Source: a virus. Taken from it: DNA of 6,458 nucleotides. Shown in pieces: positions 3,531 through 6,458 of the stretch. Where the stretch lies: positions 1 through 6,458 of the IMG/VR virus record IMGVR_UViG_3300029405_000048, one strand, 5' to 3'. The translations under genes were made by a program, and so were the position numbers. Numbering within the stretch: position 1 is the first letter of the stretch; the number at the start of each line of letters is the position of its first letter. The notes below the pieces were generated by a model, which was given only the letters and a program-made list of their open reading frames with translations, was not told where the DNA came from and ran no database searches.

Positions 3531-5962
3531 TAATCCAATCTCGGAATAGCAACACGAGATATTGGTAACCGTGCTGTACAGTCGAACCAAATCTGACCAT
3601 AAATCTTATCGGATAATTCACTACCATCATCGGCTTTTGTTACCGCGAACACGTCAGTAACTTGCTCGGGGTCAATAACTAAGAATGATTGGGCGAGCTC
3701 CGGCTTTTGGTTAAAAACACGATGCATCAAGAAATTAGACAAATTAGACCGGAACAAACCGTGTGCCTGGTCATATTTTTGCACATACTCATACCAGGGA
3801 CGATTATACCCGAATACGTCATGTATAGCTTCCGGTGAATAATTATAAGCCTGAATCGGACAAACTTCTTTATACAGAATCGGCTGGAATCCGATATGAT
3901 TGAACTCCGGCTGGTAATGGTCAAGCAAACCGCGATATGTAAAATGTTTAGGCAACAACTGCGTATAAACAGGCAACGGAGTTACTATCATAATACCCAT
4001 TACAATAGATTCCTCATCGCAAAACACTTCAATAGCTCTACCAGAATCACCACGGACACCGGCTATACCTGATTGACTACCAAGAACTTTAGAATATGTT
4101 TCACTACCTTCACTATCTTGGTCTACGGTCTGGGAGATTGAATGCATCTCAATATCACGTGAAAAACCTCCGAAAAATTCGGGCATCAACAACTCGTCAT
4201 AACGCACTTTGACATTGAAACGACCCTCAACAATGTCACGATAAGAATAACCTTTGCGCATATTCAATTCTAAGAACTTTTGATAAGCGTTGACATTGCG
4301 CAAATCATTGATAGAAATACCAGAGGTTGCAATGTCTATCAAATTACGAGGCTGACGGAGTTTAACCTCATTATCAAGTTCGACGTACTGAACACCTTTC
4401 AAACCTTCTTCATCGGAATCAAATGCAACCTGATAACGTTTTCCATCTTCATCAACAAGAGCAACACGGGATAATTCTCTAGTAACAGAAGCACCATTCT
4501 CATCTTGAGCAGAAACCGTTTCCGTGTAAGTCGTAATACCTACGAGAGGCGCTGTGCCTTGCTGCGGTGACTGAACAGCAGTGGTTAAAAAATCCTTTTC
4601 CCAATTAGCATAGCGAAGCTGATAAATATTAGAATCTGCACCACCTTCATACGTAGGAATCCACTTGTTATATTGAACCTGTCCGTTAATATAATAAGGA
4701 TTGTTACGATTGTCACGAATATAAGCGTTATAAATACCTTCATAAGCGCGGCAAGCATAAGCGGAAATCTTAATTTGATTCTGCGCATTTTTCGAGGTAT
4801 GATTATAATACGGAGAAGTATCAAGCGTTAAATCAACCGGAGAACTGGAATTCAATTTATAAGTACCTTTAATCGTAGCAGTAGAACCAGAAATAACGTT
4901 AGCCATAGACCAAGTCCAACTGGAACGCTGAATACCGTCTTTATAAGAACCATCAGTTAGCAACAATCCAAGAGGGGTTAATGCAGAATCCCAAGCAGTA
5001 TCATTACCTGAAATACGACGACCAAAACGAGAAAACAAATTCATGTACAGATTACAAGTAAACCCTTCAATCTTATTATCTATAAATGATTGTGGGAATC
5101 TATAGGACAAGTGTATAGCACCATCTTTTTGAACACAACCAACATAAGACATAATATCATTAATATTATTAGAATTGACAAACGCTGTACAATTCTGCGC
5201 AAACGAAGAAAAATCAGAAGGTTTAACCTTTCCTGGGTGGGTAGGAATAGTAATAGTTACAACAGAATTAGCAGTAACAGGACCATCATCGGTTGTAAAT
5301 GAAAACTGAATATAAGGAACAAGATTGACAACGCTATCAGCAGAAGCACTACCAGGAGAAGGAACAACAAACGAAGAGCCAAATGTTAACCCTTTATCAG
5401 CAGGAGGAGGGTTTAGAGATTTAAAATCGTTCAAATTAGCAACGGTATCAATAGGTAACCCTTTCAAATAAGTGAAATCGGACGTTCCACCGAATTGATT
5501 ACCTTTAACAGTCTTTATATATAGAACAGGCGAGCCCATGTCCGTACCTGTACCAAAATCACCAACAAGAGTAGTTGGTAATCCAAGATAATCACCAAGA
5601 CTACCAGTAGTAGCCATAGCTTTAATATGGTCATTTGTAAACATATCAAGATAGGGCTCTTCCAAATCTTCACGGAAATTACCTATAAAATCGCGATAAC
5701 CATCCCAGAGGGCACGAAGAGGATATTTGAAAAACATCATACGAGCACGCAAACGAGTCTGGATAGGAAATACCATCGGCATAAATTGCAATCCAAAATG
5801 AGGATTAATGCGGAGTGAACTATGTGACGGAACAAGCTCACAGAACACAGGAGTAACGCGACCTATCTGGGTCGTCAAATTGTTAGCATGAGACCAATCG
5901 AAATTATTAACCCGAATCTCATTGTTAACGTCTAGAGTAGCGTCAAAAGCACCATTTGCCAT
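3530..5962 (-). CDS. Major capsid protein (Microviridae VP1 / phiX174 F-like jelly-roll), unusually long at 810 aa
   Basis: Family-typical blocks occur in the expected order: N-terminal FDWSH...LTTQIGRVTPVFCELVP; GSLGDYLGLP; RAYEGIYNAYIRD; NWEKDFLTTAVQSPQQG; INDLRNVNAYQKFLELNMRKGYSYRDIVEGRFNV; CDEESIVMGIMIVTP; YQPEFNHIGFQP; FGYNRPWYEYVQKY; and a C-terminal IWFDC...IPRL. These correspond to conserved gokusho/alpavirus VP1 blocks as I remember them. The ATG is at 5962..5960, 2 nt after the upstream stop, and the stop is TAA at 3530..3532. Confidence 0.95.
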   Translation of the reverse strand: MANGAFDATLDVNNEIRVNNFDWSHANNLTTQIGRVTPVFCELVPSHSSLRINPHFGLQFMPMVFPIQTRLRARMMFFKYPLRALWDGYRDFIGNFREDLEEPYLDMFTNDHIKAMATTGSLGDYLGLPTTLVGDFGTGTDMGSPVLYIKTVKGNQFGGTSDFTYLKGLPIDTVANLNDFKSLNPPPADKGLTFGSSFVVPSPGSASADSVVNLVPYIQFSFTTDDGPVTANSVVTITIPTHPGKVKPSDFSSFAQNCTAFVNSNNINDIMSYVGCVQKDGAIHLSYRFPQSFIDNKIEGFTCNLYMNLFSRFGRRISGNDTAWDSALTPLGLLLTDGSYKDGIQRSSWTWSMANVISGSTATIKGTYKLNSSSPVDLTLDTSPYYNHTSKNAQNQIKISAYACRAYEGIYNAYIRDNRNNPYYINGQVQYNKWIPTYEGGADSNIYQLRYANWEKDFLTTAVQSPQQGTAPLVGITTYTETVSAQDENGASVTRELSRVALVDEDGKRYQVAFDSDEEGLKGVQYVELDNEVKLRQPRNLIDIATSGISINDLRNVNAYQKFLELNMRKGYSYRDIVEGRFNVKVRYDELLMPEFFGGFSRDIEMHSISQTVDQDSEGSETYSKVLGSQSGIAGVRGDSGRAIEVFCDEESIVMGIMIVTPLPVYTQLLPKHFTYRGLLDHYQPEFNHIGFQPILYKEVCPIQAYNYSPEAIHDVFGYNRPWYEYVQKYDQAHGLFRSNLSNFLMHRVFNQKPELAQSFLVIDPEQVTDVFAVTKADDGSELSDKIYGQIWFDCTARLPISRVAIPRLD

Positions 5963-5964
5963 AA

Positions 5965-6162
5965 TTAACGATATAAATTAACGTGAGTACTATCTACACT
6001 TGACGTCGAGGTTTGCTCGGTTTTTTGTGTAGCATTATTATTATTCTTAGCAACGCTAAGAGAGAGTGTACAAGACTGCACAAACAAGGTAGTTATAATA
6101 CCTATCACAAATGTAGATATCAACTTAACTATTTCTATCCACTGGTTGGGGGTTATCTTCAT
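5965..6162 (-). CDS. Small membrane / lipoprotein-like protein, 65 aa (MKITPNQWIEIVKLISTFVIGIITTLFVQSCTLSLSVAKNNNNATQKTEQTSTSSVDSTHVNLYR); candidate lysis or surface-modifying protein
   Basis: The frame is open over 5965..6279. I prefer ATG 6162..6160; alternatives are ATG 6195 and the track start GTG 6279. There is one hydrophobic segment (LISTFVIGIITTLFV) after a Lys-containing N-region, ending in a weak lipobox-like V-Q-S-C. The tail is polar and N/S/T-rich. The stop lies 2 nt before the VP1 ATG. The 5' end overlaps the 77-aa ORF by 38 nt in another frame. Confidence 0.55.
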   Translation of the reverse strand: MKITPNQWIEIVKLISTFVIGIITTLFVQSCTLSLSVAKNNNNATQKTEQTSTSSVDSTHVNLYR

Positions 6163-6358
6163 CTTCAGGAAATAAATTAGGACACATTTCTTCATGTTTA
6201 GCCAAAAATATAAAATCCGGATTGGATTCCACAAGAGACGCGCGTACCTTTTCAGATTGCGAGGGACGTTCAAATACACCTAGTTTAATATCTACAATAG
6301 GCTCTAGGGTAGCCTTACGCATAATACGTAATATAGTCAAAATAGCTCTTTTTTCCAT
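6125..6358 (-). CDS. Hypothetical protein, 77 aa with an acidic C-terminus (MEKRAILTILRIMRKATLEPIVDIKLGVFERPSQSEKVRASLVESNPDFIFLAKHEEMCPNLFPEDEDNPQPVDRNS)
   Basis: The track ORF 6125..6409 starts at a GTG that would overlap the 57-aa ORF. The first ATG (6358..6356, equivalent to 4..2) lies 16 nt downstream of that ORF's stop and gives a non-overlapping 77-aa product. It is on the same strand as all other genes. I recognise no family motif. Confidence 0.55.
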   Translation of the reverse strand: MEKRAILTILRIMRKATLEPIVDIKLGVFERPSQSEKVRASLVESNPDFIFLAKHEEMCPNLFPEDEDNPQPVDRNS

Positions 6359-6458
6359 TGTTCCACGTGAAACATTAAAGATTAATAAATTGTTTATATG
6401 CAGTAACACTCAATACATAAGATTTAGAGCGCCAAAATTGCAAACATTTACGCATATT
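6355..6458. repeat. Terminal direct repeat, copy 2 (identical to 1..104); holds a redundant partial copy of the 57-aa ORF 3' end and the first 4 nt of the 77-aa ORF
   Basis: Exact 104/104 identity with 1..104, read directly. Confidence 0.95.

Noticed and set aside
692-4824. Minus-strand ORFs nested in other frames of rep, VP2/spacer and VP1 (692..919, 1828..2046, 3430..3630, 3727..3924, 4585..4824)
   Set aside because: Overlapping genes do occur in microviruses, so these were considered. Their products look like frame-shifted noise: highly hydrophobic or Arg-rich low-complexity sequence. At least 1828..2046 starts at a non-ATG codon (TTG) and reads through the terminator hairpin. 3430..3630 runs out of VP1 into the GC-rich hairpin region. 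Conservation cannot be tested here.
36-5818. Plus-strand track ORFs (36..239, 939..1187, 2399..2698, 3221..3472, 4280..4474, 5090..5302, 5627..5818)
   Set aside because: Each lies antisense to a well-supported minus-strand gene. Their translations are low-complexity and I/F/N-rich, as expected for antisense frames of AT-rich coding DNA. None has a recognisable motif or RBS, and Microviridae transcribe a single strand.
6125-6409. Longer GTG-initiated versions of the small ORFs and rep (6409 for the 77-aa ORF, 6279 for the TM ORF, 1778 for rep)
   Set aside because: The GTG at 6409 would overlap the 57-aa ORF by about 35 nt and the GTG at 6279 would overlap the 77-aa ORF by 155 nt. In each case a downstream ATG gives a compact, non- or minimally overlapping arrangement. 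The extended forms are kept as alternatives in the feature notes rather than called.
1-6458. CRISPR arrays, IS/transposon ends, integrase or att sites, toxin-antitoxin or other defence loci
   Set aside because: Apart from the 104-nt assembly overlap, the only repeats are short ones (7-12 nt). No recombinase- or transposase-like ORF is present, and every sizeable ORF is accounted for by canonical microvirus functions or the small accessory ORFs.

Overview
The window is one complete, circularly permuted Microviridae (small ssDNA phage) genome. Positions 1..104 are base-for-base identical to 6355..6458, so the unit genome is 6354 nt and the duplication is an assembly overlap of a circle. All credible genes lie on the minus strand, so the reverse complement of the window is the mRNA/virion sense. 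Gene order in that sense is: 58-aa ORF, 57-aa ORF, 77-aa ORF, 65-aa membrane/lipoprotein-like ORF, major capsid VP1 (810 aa), a 184-nt GC-rich structured spacer, 105-aa ORF, pilot/minor capsid VP2 (368 aa), a spacer with a terminator and an origin-like motif, then the HUH rolling-circle Rep VP4 (about 450 aa). VP1, VP2 and VP4 are recognised from family-typical motifs read directly in the translations. The very long VP1, the gene order and the mostly absent Shine-Dalgarno sequences suggest an Alpavirinae-like, probably Bacteroidota-infecting microvirus; this is inference and no database search was possible. The 58-aa and 57-aa ORFs are absent from the supplied ORF track and were found by hand translation. 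All eight CDSs end in TAA and most are linked by overlaps or 2-16 nt gaps. Points worth follow-up: (1) a 62% GC multi-hairpin spacer after VP1, a candidate complementary-strand origin; (2) a 9/9 match to the phiX174 gene-A nick-site core just upstream of rep; (3) a small TM/lipobox ORF abutting VP1, a candidate lysis gene; (4) a roughly 270-aa insertion in VP1; (5) a four-ORF accessory cassette of unknown function.
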